This document shows positions 1-11,627 of a stretch of 64,000 nt of DNA, piece by piece (positions within the stretch are counted from its first letter, which is position 1; every line of letters begins with the position of its first letter). Position numbers and translations under genes: made by a program. The notes beneath the pieces were generated by a model. It had not been told where the DNA came from. It did not search any database and was given only the letters and a program-made list of their open reading frames with translations. Source of the stretch: Takakia lepidozioides (taxonomy: Eukaryota; Plantae; Bryophyta); NCBI GenBank assembly GCA_030704615.1, contig CM060733.1, positions 66,464,001 to 66,528,000 of the forward strand, read 5' to 3'.

Positions 1-1985
1 CGCTGCCATGTGGGAATGGTGGCGAGGTTTTACAAGTGTCTAAAACGCCCAAATCCGTGGGAGGGCGAATAAACCTTCTGTCAGCAAAGGAGTGGGCCAT
101 GGAGGAGGCACACGAACCCCAGTTTTTGCTTTACATTAGAGAAGTGAAGGGAGAAGGCGAGGGGGAGCCGAGCCCAGATTGGATCAAGGGGATTTTGGAG
201 AAATACCAGGATGTGATGCCGGAGGATTTACCAAAGCAGCTTGCCACCGCAAAGAGGAGTTGACCACAAGATTGAGGTGATACCGGGATCGGAACCGCCT
301 GCCAAGGCGCCCTACCGGTTGAGCCACAAAGAGTTGGTCGAGCTGAAGACTCAGCTCAAGGATCTAATGTCAAAGGGGTACATCCGGCCGAGTAAGTCAC
401 CTTACGGAGCCCCGGTGCCGCAGACAAGAAGGATGGGACGCTGCGGATGTGTGTCGATTATAGGGCTCTGAATAAGGTGACTATCAAAAACCGGTACCCT
501 TTGCCAAGGATCGACGACCTCTTCGATCGGTTGGCAGGAGCGAAGTATTTCAGCCGGATCGACTTGCGCTTCGGCTATCATGAAATTCGAGTGGCGGAAG
601 GAGATGAGGATAAGACCGCGTGCAGGACAAGGTACGGTTCATATGAGTTCTTGGTGATGCCTTTTGGGCTCACCAATGCACCAGCGACATTTAGCACGCT
701 AATGAACAGCCTTTTCCAGGAGTGGTTGGATGACTTTGTGATCGTGTACATCGACAACATCTTGGTGTATTCGAAAACAAAGGAGGAGCACCTGGAGCAC
801 CTAAAAAGGGTGTTCCAAAAATTGAGAGAAGGGAAGCTGTATGCCAAAGCTTCAAAGTGCAAATTCGGGGTCACGAAAGTGGAGTTCTTGGGGCATGTGA
901 TTACACAGGATGGGATCAAAATGGATGACAGAAAGGTGAGGGCGATCTTGGACTGGGAAGCCTCCGACTTCGGTTCCGGGAGTGCGTTCCTTCCTAGGAC
1001 TCGTCTCCTATTACCGGAAGTATGTGAGAAATTTTGCTAAGATCGCGGGGCCGCTGTCGGACCTTCTGTGTAAATCTAAAGTCTGGGCATGGAACACCTT
1101 TTCTGGCCAAGCTTTTGCTGAATTGAAGCAGCGGATGGCGGAAGCTCCAGTCTTGAAAATCCCGGAGTTCGATCGTCCGTTCGAGATACATACAGATGCG
1201 TCGGACTTCGCGATTGGGGGTGTACTGATGTAAGATGGACGTCCAGTGGCTTACGAAAGTAAGAAATTGAATGAAGTGGAGCGACGGTGGCCGACGCATG
1301 AGAAAGAGATGAAGGCGGTGGTGCACTGTCTTGAGCTTTGGAGCCACTATGTTGGTTCCAACCCAGTGAAGGTGTTCACGGACAATGTCACGGTGAAGTA
1401 TTTTGCCACGCAGCCCAAGTTGTCCCCAAAACAACTTAGGTGGCAAGATACTTTGGCGGTGTTCGACGTGGATATCCAGTACGAACCGGGACGAGACAAC
1501 GTGGTGGCCGATGCTTTAAGTAGAAAGCAGCAGCTCTTGTTGGGCACTTTGGAAGAAGATGGGGACGAGGCTGAAGATGAGCACCGCCTTCCAACCTACG
1601 ACGGACGGCCAAACGGAAAGAGTGAATTCCGTAGTGAAGCAATTCTTGCGATGTGTATGAATTGGAACTGCCGGCAAACAGCAAGGTGCACCCAGTATTC
1701 CATGTCTCCCTTTTGAAGCCTTACTTCAAAGATGAAGCGCGTCCGAATCGGCATCAAGTGTTGCGTCTGCCACCTATGCTGTTGGATCATGAAAATAAAC
1801 CTGAGTACGAGGTGGAGGCAATACTTAAGTCGAGGAGGTTCAGGAACCGAGAAACGGAGTATCTCGTCAAATGGAAGGGCTATCATCATGTGGAGGCATC
1901 TTGGGTGCGTGCCTCAGAAATGGGAAACGCATCCGAGACGGTTGCAGCTTTCGAAGGGCGACCTCAAAAGCGGAAGAAGCGTTGA
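1..1985 (+). pseudogene. Ty3/Gypsy chromovirus pol remnant (RT, RNase H, deleted integrase, chromodomain)
   Basis: RT motifs ([34 protein letters not shown]). RNase H ([23 protein letters not shown]). Integrase fragments ([37 protein letters not shown]). Chromodomain (YEVEAILKSRR..EYLVKWKGY). Multiple frameshifts and stops. Confidence 0.95.
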
Positions 1986-2006
1986 TGGGGACATCAACCT
2001 TGGAGC

Positions 2007-2019
2007 GTGGGGGAGGAAA
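2007..2019 (+). other. Polypurine tract of chromovirus
   Basis: GTGGGGGAGGAAA lies just after the pol stop and immediately before TG. Confidence 0.7.
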
Positions 2020-3609
2020 TGCATGCTTAGCCCGGCTTAGCTAGCTTAGGAATCCGAGTGCAAAGACTTGTATTGTACAAATCGTGCTATAAATGAAATG
2101 GATTCCAAATGTTGTGCGACCTATTTTGTTTGGAATGGTGATGCATGATATGGTTGGCTAGTGTGTAGAATGCATGCTAGCTTATAAAAGTGGGAGAGGT
2201 AAATTGGATTAATCGTGTGTTTGCGTAGTGCCGAAATCGGGTGACTCCCATCCAAGGGGCAAGGAAACTTGCGCCTTCTTTGGGATTTCACGTGCTAGTG
2301 CGCACCTGGCGCGTGCGCGTACTATAACTGCGCTACCGAGGGGGTTGCCTTGTAGTGCGGGCTAACGCGGAAGCTACGTGCTTCCGTTCACGTACTATAA
2401 TCGTGTAGCCTCGGGACGAAGTCGTAGTGCGGCTTCGGCGTGTTCCCGCCCTCACAGGCCAGCATTCCAAGGCGGACCCAATTGTAGTGATTGGGGCGCA
2501 CGGTTGGTTCAAGGTTATCTTCCTAGTCAAAGAGGTTTCCAGGTGAACCCTTGCTCAAGGTGATGCCAAAAGCGGCATCATGAGCGATCGCAAGCAATGT
2601 TGTTGCTGTAAGGCAATTCGATCCTCGGGGAGGATCGTTCCTTGGCCTTGAAGTAGGCCAAGAAGAGTGCACTGGGAGGAGCTGGAGAGGCTCCACCCTT
2701 GGCCGGGACTTGGAGGAAGTCGGCCGAACTAGCTAGTGGAGAGTAGAGTCAAGTGTGGGGTTTGGTTCTTTGCCATGGGACGCCATGGTACAGAAACAAA
2801 CTCCTTGATGTGGGACGCCACAACTTGGATGTTCGTTTCTACAAAATGGACAAGTCGATGAGGACATCGACTCCCTGTTGGTAGGGTGTGTGTCGCGGCC
2901 CTTTGCCTTGAGGGCAGGGAGGTCGGGACACAAGAGGGGCTGCCCCTGTGGTGGGGGCAGTGGCAACAATAGGTACGGGGGCTGAAGCACCCTTGAGTGC
3001 CCAAGGCACTCAAGGATGCGGAGGCGCTCACTAGGTGGAGCCCCGCACACCGGGTTGCGGTGGGGGTGGCTCCACAAGGGTGGTGGTAGCTTAGCGGGAC
3101 TTAGTGGGGGTGGCATAGGACTCACCATGGGGGCGGAGACCTCGTGGTGGGAGTCGTGGGGAGTCTTGGGACTCATCACGGTCCATAGGGGCCGTGGTGA
3201 GCGGGCCAAGACTCACCGCGACTCATCACCGGGAGTCGAGGGTTTTCGTGGTGGTTCGCCATAAAATGGCATGGCTGGTTGTGAAACCCCCGCGGACAGC
3301 TACAGAAGTATATAAGGGGAGTAGTGACCCCGAGAACGGTGCAAGCCCGTTGGTGACCAAAAACTAGTGAGTAAGCGAGCGAGCCGAAAGCGACCAAAGA
3401 GTGGGGAGCTGTTCCGGACTGCCATCTACCAAAGGGAATTCTCCTAGGCCCAAATAGGTTGAGGTTTAGTGGAAGCGAAGGGGACCGTTATGTCCCGGTG
3501 AGCAGCCGAAGCTCCAAGTTGCCCGGGGCGGCCAGGTTGGGAAGTCAGGCGCGGCGCATCAAGCGAGTAACTATGCTTGAAGGGGAGCTACCGAAGTGGG
3601 TGCGCGACA
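2020..3609 (+). repeat. Probable 3' LTR of the chromovirus (~1.6 kb)
   Basis: Starts TG after the PPT and ends GCGCGACA. Homology to the ParB-gene copy at ~19.5 kb begins right after 3609. The 5' LTR is outside the window. Confidence 0.6.
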
Positions 3610-6600
3610 CGTACACCCACCCGATCCCCGATCGCGAGTTCCTGCCAGCCTAGCCCTGTGCGTTCAAAGACACGGCTTCGAAGGGCAAGTCAAAGCCCCA
3701 GAGATCGACTCGCGTTCTTCGTCATGGAGAATCGCCAGCAGGGGTCGGGCCCTTCTCCCAGCAAGTCGAAGAAAGAGAGAAGCAGCCCCGTCCCTCTACT
3801 GGTTTTCTGAACCGGCTCAGGCCGCTTCACCCCCCACCAACGCGAATGAAGCAGCCTGGTAAAAGACAGATTCAATTGCAGCAGACACCTTCACCTGCAA
3901 GCATGAGGGGCAGAAGGCAATCAGGGCGACGGCCGAACAATCTCCCGCAAAACCGCTTCCACGAGCTGAAGCTCAGTTCCTGGAGGATTTCCCGCCTGCA
4001 GATGTTGGGGCCGACTCTGCTGCAGCGAAGGCAATGGGATCGACCGTTTCTGTCGATTTGGTACCGGAGGAGGGGCTGCCGCTCAACGTTCGCAGCAATA
4101 CCTCACCACCGATGAGCAAGCAGGCCCGGAGGAGGCCTCTGCAATGGCAGAATTGCCCACAGACAGGCCCCAGAGTGCAGCTCCAGTTGAGGATGCTCCA
4201 GCTGCTCAGCCACTACCGGCACCTACAGACATGTCTCCGGAGGATTTCAAAAGTGCAGCTGATAAAATGTTGGAGGAGACACAGTAGCATTGGCAGAGTT
4301 CTGGGCAGCAGGGTATTCCAGCGGACTCTTCGAATCCCACTCTGTCGCATGGTCTCCCTTCCCATCGTCAGGCAGGCCCTTCCCGGAGATGTGGATAAGC
4401 TCAAGTTCGCATTTCGAGAAGGGTACCGTCTGGGATCGGCAGCGTTTTCTACGTTTCCATTGAGAATGAGGACGGGCGAAACTCGTGGACCCACTGCCGA
4501 TGAATTGTCAACGTGGGATACCCACTGGCCACACTCGCAACACGAATTCGAGGCGACGCTGAAGGGTGATCCAGACTTCGGCCATATGTCGGGTAAAATT
4601 TCTTTGTGTGGGACGGGAATCACCGACTTCTCTCCTGGTGGGAGTACATCAAGCAGAACCATGCCAAGCACATTGGCTGGCATTACATGGTGGAGTGTGT
4701 CATCCTCAAGGTGAAGGCGGCAGACTCCTCCTTGCTCAAGAATGCCATGGCGGACCTCAACTCGTAAGATACTCATACCCTCCCAAGCACGTTCGAAATG
4801 CGGTGCCGCATTTCGGTTTCCAATCTGTTTTTGTTTCCGTGCTTTCGTGACTGAACTGGAGAGTGTGCCTTGCAGGGTCACTGAAAATGCGTACGTGCAT
4901 ACCCACATGGCACATATGCTGTACAGGGTGAGGAAAACTGGTCTCACTGATCCGCACATGTTTCGCGGAATGCTGGAGCCCGAGCTCATTCAGAAAGCCG
5001 TGGCAAAAACTGACCGGACATGGTATCGTCTCACTATGGATGGAATGGTGGAGGTGATATACGAAGTAAGTCGTCCTCCAATTTCCCTCTGCTCATCCTT
5101 CAGATTGAAATTTCCAGTAATCTTTCCACATGAATCGAATGTAAGCTTCTTCTTCTGCATGTTTTTTGTTGGCAGTCAACATCAAGCTGGATTTTGGCCC
5201 ATGCCAAACGCTTCTTCATGGAAAGTGAGGGGCAGGAAAACGTTGCAGTCATTGACTGAGCACTTGAAGGAAGCCGGTGTCAAGTCCAGAACCAATACAA
5301 GTCAAAGCTTGAAGCTGGTGGCAATTTCAGATCCGGCACTTGGAAAAGGACTTCATCCCCGAGATTGCAAAACCTATTCTCGGCCATGCAGCCGACCATG
5401 AATTGGAGAAACTGCATCACCTCTCAACGGCATGTGTTGAGGCGAAGAGAAGGTGAGGTTTCAATGCACTGAAGTTCCTTCCTAGCAATAGCCACTCTCT
5501 TCCAGCTCCTGACATTGGATCGGAAATGGCAGACACGGTGGCTGTCGATCTGGAATGCATCCGAGAGCATAAGGACAATGTGGTCTTTTCCACTCGAAGT
5601 TTCCGACCCTGCAGTGATGTGTGGCTCAACCGCATGACTTGGTGTTCCAGGTAATTCAAGGTACTTCCCCAGATTTGCTTTTCTGAAATGAATTCCCTGA
5701 ACTGCTACGTGACAATGCATTTGGGAATCGCAGGTAATGTCGAATGCGAAGGAGCAAGTCGAATGCACACAAATTCGTTCGGCTTGTACGTCAAATGGGA
5801 TGGAACACAGACATTGGAAGACTACGTGACACGTTTCAGATGTGCGTACAAGGACAACCTTTCGCCAGAGCTACAGACAGAAGAAGAGCGTGGAGTTTAC
5901 ACACTCAGGAGGGCGGGAAAGCTGCAATGCGAATTGTTTACAGGTGAAGCACAGCTGCCCTTGTATGCGAAGCCTGGTTACGAGGTTTGTCTCGGAAATG
6001 CGGCACCGCATTCGCATTCATTTTATGTTTTCGGTGGCACTCTGCGAGTAGGTTCGTCCAATCTTATGCTCACGCATGCTGACTGCCTTGCAGGTATATG
6101 AAATCGTGCTCCTTCAGACAGGGGCCCTGGCTCAAGAGCCCCCGTTCTTCATGGCTTGGACCGTGGCGGGCCCAAGCTGTCTACACACCCAGATGCAGAA
6201 ACAATGGCATCCCGCGCATCTCGTTGGATGCCCCTGGTCCTGTCTGCGGTATGTCTGGAGTCTGAGATTGTTGACGCCTCTGAAAAGAGCAGCAGAAAGA
6301 GAAGACGAGCTGGGCCAAAGTCGGCAAAGGAATCTGCTGCTCTGGAAGAATCCAGAAAAGGCAGCTGAGATGGCACAAAAGACGGTGGATGCAGCTGTGC
6401 AGGCCCAACAAAGGGGTCGAAGAAGAGGACTCGCCAGCAAGAGCAGCTGTTGTGACACCCTGAAGAAGAGAAACAGCCTGTTCAAAGAGGTGAGGAAGAG
6501 GACTCCGATGGAGACTTTGCAACCAGCCCACCCCCCCAAACGCAGGCTGCCTCCCTGTGCCCCACCGTTGTCACGAGGCACGAGAACTGGCTCGGCAAAG

Positions 6601-7783
6601 AGGCACTCTTCAACCCCCCAGGGCACCCTTTCGAGCCGGTGGAAATGAAGAGGCCGAAAGTGGCTCCCGAAACAGTAGTCCAGTGTGTAATGAGAGTTTC
6701 TTGGCGGCTTTGGATGGACGGGCAGCCAAGTTGGCATACATGAAGACCATGGAGGGTCTGAAGGGCAGAGCACTGAAGAAGGCGACTGCCGAAGAGCCTT
6801 CCGACACCCCAGGATTTCAGAATATGGTCTCGTTCTTTGAGAGGGTGTGTGCAGACAAGGATTGTAGGAGGGGCGGAAATGCCACCGAGTGGTCTTGCGA
6901 TATGATCATCTTGGATATTCCGGACGAGAGCCTGTGGAAGGACTGCAAGCTTTGCCATCTTGGAACAGGTACTCGGAGGACTTTTGGAAGAAAGGATTCG
7001 GGCTTGCCCGCATGGTGTTGACGACTGGTGTGTGTTGTTTGTCCTGGCGAGCAGAGGAAAAAACACTCAGAGGAATTGCGAAGTCCCAAGAGCGCCGTCC
7101 CGATTCTGAAAAAGAAGTGGACGTGCATCAACACACTGGGCCTTCGGTCGGAAGGGAAGAAGGTGATTACGACACTGGCACTCGTCCATTCATTTGCTTG
7201 GGTGTTTTCAAATGCGGTGCCCGTTCCGTTTGTGTATGCAGACGAAGCAGTTCGATGCATACTGCTTGTGAAGGAGAACTCCACCTTGCTTTCCGGAAGG
7301 AGGAGGAAAGGTTGACCCGAACTGCGACCCCTCGATTACGACGTTCTGTTCAACAACGTTCCCAAGGAACTTCTTCCCCTCATAGCCTCACTTCAACGGA
7401 ACCCCTGCGGTACTCACGGACTCGGAGCCCTGCCTTCATTCAGACAATTATGGAGACATGCACAGACGTGGAGGGCACAGTGCTCGACCTCATCTGTGGG
7501 ACAGGTATGCAGATCTTCTATGCTGTTCTGCAAATTCTCGTCGCACAACATCTGAAGCGCCATGTGTAATGTGTGATGGCATTGTAACAGGTGCCTCAAT
7601 GTGGGCTGGGCGGTTTTCCGACCGCACCTCTTTGCCTACGAGGATATCCGTGTGGGATCCCATCTGGAAGGGCTGCAACGGAATGTTAAGGCTCCCAACA
7701 GAGCGGAAGTCTCATCGGATTCGTCGGAGTCCGAGGAAGACACAGTGGACATTGATGCGGAGGAGAACCCGGAATACGAGTGA
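3610..7783 (+). pseudogene. Spliced ParB/Srx-like + beta-class N4C/N6A methyltransferase-like gene, copy A (5' end interrupted by LTR)
   Basis: ParB-like motif (F)VWDGNHRL near 4600-4630. MTase-like motif IV DMIILDIPD (~6900) precedes motif I TVLDLICGTG|ASMWAG..HLFAYE (7477-7645). GT..AG introns at about 4764-4876, 5066-5174, 5651-5733, 5985-6093 and 7505-7591. Frameshifted. Confidence 0.75.
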
Positions 7784-7864
7784 GTGCAAACATTGTAAGT
7801 TTGCAAAGCCTTCTGGGTCATTTTTGTCAAACGAATTTCCCGACTGTGGTTCTCATTAGTCTCG

Positions 7865-8245
7865 TTGATGATTGTCATGTGCAGGATTGCAGGGTCCGGG
7901 TCGAAACATGTAGGGCCTACACTTCCTGCCAGGAAGAATGTCCCGTTCTTTGCGAGGGCCGACTTCATGACGAGCCCGGTGAGGGACTACTCCCTTCCTA
8001 GTTATGCAGCTAAACTCGCAAATACAGCGATTAGAAGAAGTGAGAATCCCAGTAAAGTAGAGCAGATTTTGGAGAGGGCTAGGGAGGACAGAAGGATAAG
8101 GAAAGAGTTGGCAGCAGCTCAGACAGGTAGACGGGTACGAAAGTACATATGTGATTCAGCGGATGAGAGCGACGCAGACAGGGAGGAAGACGACCCCAAC
8201 GGAGGTGAGATGGACAGTTCCGCAAGGGGAAGATGGGATTTTTGA
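7865..8245 (+). CDS. Small hypothetical ORF downstream of the MTase-like gene
   Basis: 126-aa ORF. Motifs DYSLPSYAAK and RKYICDSADES resemble GYDLPPYAQQK and RNYFDNSAKEG in the element at 49.3-49.8 kb. Confidence 0.35.
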   Translation: MMIVMCRIAGSGSKHVGPTLPARKNVPFFARADFMTSPVRDYSLPSYAAKLANTAIRRSENPSKVEQILERAREDRRIRKELAAAQTGRRVRKYICDSADESDADREEDDPNGGEMDSSARGRWDF

Positions 8246-8489
8246 AAGCCTGGCCAACGAGCAGTCCGCTGGAGATGAGAAAGGCACTGAGGGGGTGGAG
8301 GCGGAGCAGGACAGTCTAGAACAGATGAGGATTCGGATGATTTTCAAGATTAATAGAATTTTAATGAAGTCTCTGTAAATGTAAATTCTCTTCCAGAGTA
8401 TATAAAGGAAAATCTCCCCGACATTCGTGACCCCTCTCCAGTGTGCATTCCAGCCACACAATCGCCCAAACCACGACGCTCCCAAAATC

Positions 8490-9260
8490 AGAAATGGGGC
8501 ACCGCATTTCCAAAATTTTGGCAACTCTAAAACCTCTTTGGAAATGCGGCACCGCATTTCCAAAACAGGGGAGGGACTAAATTTTCCATTTCAATGTTGG
8601 CATAGTAAAAAGTAATCGGCCGATTGGAAATGCGGTGCCGCATTTCCAAAATTTCCTTTGTCCACACGCCAGTTTTGGCTTCTCCCGCTCATTGCATGGA
8701 TGCCACCACGCTTACAGAGGTCGAACAAGGAGTCGAACAAGGAGGTCGAGATGGCGGAATTGGAAATGCGGTGCCGCATTTCCATATTGGGGATGGTCGT
8801 TGTTCGAACTGCAGGCCCATCAGCAAAAATTGGCACCGCATTCCATTGTCAAAAAAAAGTCGATGACGGACATGGAAATGCGGCGCCGCATTTCAGAACG
8901 GACATCGCAATTTGTCCATTTGCAGACCCTCTCACGGAAATGCGGTAACGCATTCCATCGAGCTGGTCGGAAATGGGTGCACTTTTCGAAGTGTTGGACG
9001 GAAATGCGGCACCGCATTCCCTTGTCCAAAAAGAAGTTTCCATTGCCAAGCTGGAAATGCGTCGCCGCATTTGCAATGCCAACCTCGTTGTCTGTCCAAT
9101 TTATAGACCCGTGTTGGTATTTCGTGTACCTGGACGGAAATGATGCACCGCATTCCATTGTCCGACACTGAAATGCGGTTCATACATTTCCATGTCGGCA
9201 TGGAAATGCGGCACCGCATTCCAATGTCCGACATGGAAATGCGGTGCCGCATTTCCATGC
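8490..9260. repeat. Palindrome array 1 (GGAAATGCGG-NN-CCGCATTTCC, ~13 copies, irregular spacing)
   Basis: Copies visible at about 8492, 8540, 8626, 8762, 8874, 8936, 9000, 9053, 9137, 9202 and 9235. Confidence 0.95.
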
Positions 9261-9509
9261 CGACATGGCGTTACTCTGGTATATTCTTGACACATGACTC
9301 TCATACCGGTTACTCTGTATATTCATCCGGACAGACAATTGTAGAAATGAGACATCAAATTGTAAACAGTGGGCCAATTCCGACAGTTATTCAACAGAAT
9401 GAAACACAATCATACAGAAGTGAGGTACGATGGGTTTATTGATCGGACACGATGTCTCACATTTACCAACTGCAGACAAAACTAAGCCCTTCCTCCTTCT
9501 ACATGGGCT

Positions 9510-10205
9510 TCACCAAGTCGACGGAACTTCGATACCCCTCAAAACAAGCTCATCACTGCTGCGGCACCTCGAGGTAAACTGCAATTCGGTCGTTCTGCTG
9601 CCCTTGCTGGAGCCGACGACAATGTCATGTCCATCAATGATACCACTATCATACATTGACAAGTCACTGTGGGCCTCATGTGCCCGTGCGATTCGTCTTC
9701 GTAACTCAGGCGAATGTCTCCATACACTGGAAGAGCGGAGTGATCTGCACGTATATAGTTTTCCCCGGTGCCGTCCTCCCTGGTCCACTGGCAGCATTTC
9801 CAGCGCCAAAGCGAGGCCGTGCGTGATCTCTCCGGCATCCCTTCCAGCTTGGTATATCGAGGTCAACAATTTTCAGGACCCACGGACCGCATTGACCCTC
9901 GCCCTCACCTCGCTCAAAGCGGTAATAGCCCTCCAGATACTCCATTGCGCGCAAAGACTCTTGCTTGATTCCAGCAGCGTCTGTGAAAAGAGAGCCACAA
10001 TGATGTCTCCTGATTCTGGTTTGAACATAGCATAATCGTGGCCATGATAAGGGCAGTCGGCTGGATTTCGGCGGCACGGCATCCTTGAAAAAGAGTAGCG
10101 GAGTACGCTCAATGACAGCAGCTCCCGGATGGAGGAGGAGCAGCGCGGTGGCTGGAAAAAGTTCAAGCTAACGCTGCAATTCCTCACAAACACTCCAGGG
10201 CACAT
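9510..10205 (-). pseudogene. Unknown ORF X (paralogue of ORF X')
   Basis: Frameshifted. RYSFSRMPCRRNPADCPYHGHDYAMF..SGDII..FERG..PWVLKIVD..ELVLRGIEVPSTW aligns with ORF X'. Confidence 0.6.
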
Positions 10206-10365
10206 TTAAATTTCCCCCCTACAGGATCCTGGACCGATGAAGATTGGCTGCTGCATGAATGTAGCCGTTTCAGTTTCCTACCCTGCCATGCAAACTATGG
10301 GCAGTCACTGCTAGGTGGGCCGATAGCCACTGGACACGACGAAGTCCATCCCCTCTTCGATGTAA

Positions 10366-11188
10366 ATGCGGCGCCGAATTTCCATCCGGGGGGATGGACT
10401 TCGGTGGCAGATCTCAAACTATAACTTGTTGATGAGAAAGATGTATGGGTTCATCCACCGCTGGCGTGATGAACACGTTCCACCTCCGTCGGTGGGTACG
10501 TGGGACCCAGATGCTCCATTATTGGAGGCCGGACTGCTGCGCTTCGCATCATTTCCAAAATCTAAGGGCTTCGTAGCTGTCCGCAAGGTCATCGGCATCC
10601 AAGTCGTCCTCAGGTCCTCCTTTGCAAGGATGCCGTGCTTCCGGAACCGGGACGACTGCCCATTTGGAGGCATCAATTATGCAATGTATTCGGCCACATC
10701 GGGAGACATTGTTATCTGGTACACAGATTACAGAGAAGATACTGGTTCGATTGTGGAAACATTGGTGGCTTTTGAGTATATCCTAGGCCACTACGCCTTC
10801 GAGCGGGGTGACGATCTTGGTCTGAGGAGTCCGTGGCTCCTGCGCATCCTCGATTCCGATTTTCCCAGCTACGACGGTCACCCATGCAGAAGAAGGCGCA
10901 CTGTTATGCTGTTGCGGTGGAACTGCTGCCACTGGACGTGGGTGGACTCCATCGGAGAGACCTATTCTCCTGAAGGAGTGTGCTCTCTCATTGTATGGGG
11001 ACATTCGCATTGGTGTGGACGACGAAAACGTGAAGATTTCCATATTCGATGGTGGTATGATTGAAGGGCAGGACATTGTGGTGAACATCACTAGGGGCGG
11101 TACAACGGCTGCAATCGACTTTACATGGAGGAGCCCCATGACTCATGAGCTAGTTCTGAGAGCAGTCGAAGTCCCATTGACAACGTGA
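10366..11188 (+). pseudogene. Unknown ORF X' (paralogue of ORF X)
   Basis: RSSFARMPCFRNRDDCPFGGINYAMY..SGDIV..FERG..PWLLRILD..ELVLRAVEVPLTT. Confidence 0.6.
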
Positions 11189-11544
11189 CTTGTATTCAGT
11201 AGGCACAGGGCTAAAGATTTGATTGCACAATCAGCACAGTAGACGTGCTTCAAATGCAATTCATGTGGATCAATAAAAACCTCATTGTGCCCTCTTTTTA
11301 TTCTATTCTGTGTCCATCGTTCCGAGAATGCGTCATTGCTCATTTCGTTTGGGATTGGGAGTGTGGGTGGATTTTGCAAGTGGCTGGTAGGCTGAAATGG
11401 GCCCCCATTGTACAGAGCAGTACCACCCTACCATTCGCGAAACATTGCCTTTCAATATATAATTCTAAATAACATTGCCGAACCTCCTTCATCGGGAGGT
11501 CCTTCTCCCCCTATGACCGTGGCACCCTAAACCCTATTCCTGCG

Positions 11545-11627
11545 GACACTCATTTCCGGAAAATAGTGCTGCTCATGTTTTTTTCCACACTTACGACTCT
11601 GCTCATGGCTCATGAAATAGCAGCCCC
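11545..11627 (-). mobile_element. TIR-like terminus of element A (CATGAGC-rich)
   Basis: Reverse complement GGGGCTGCTATTTCATGAGCCATGAGCAGAGT... aligns over ~80 bp with 13543-13630. The LINE RT begins abruptly next to it. Confidence 0.6.

Noticed and set aside
2333-3600. ORFs within the chromovirus LTR region
   Set aside because: No recognisable domains. They overlap on both strands in GC-rich sequence.
3610-7783. Bacterial or phage contamination as the source of the ParB-MTase gene
   Set aside because: The gene has GT-AG introns conserved between copies and is interleaved with plant TEs.
8427-9442. Many short ORFs with MRHRIS/GNAAPHF/KCGTAF peptides (also at 20.1-21.5 kb and 35.3-35.9 kb)
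   Set aside because: These are translations of the palindrome, not proteins.
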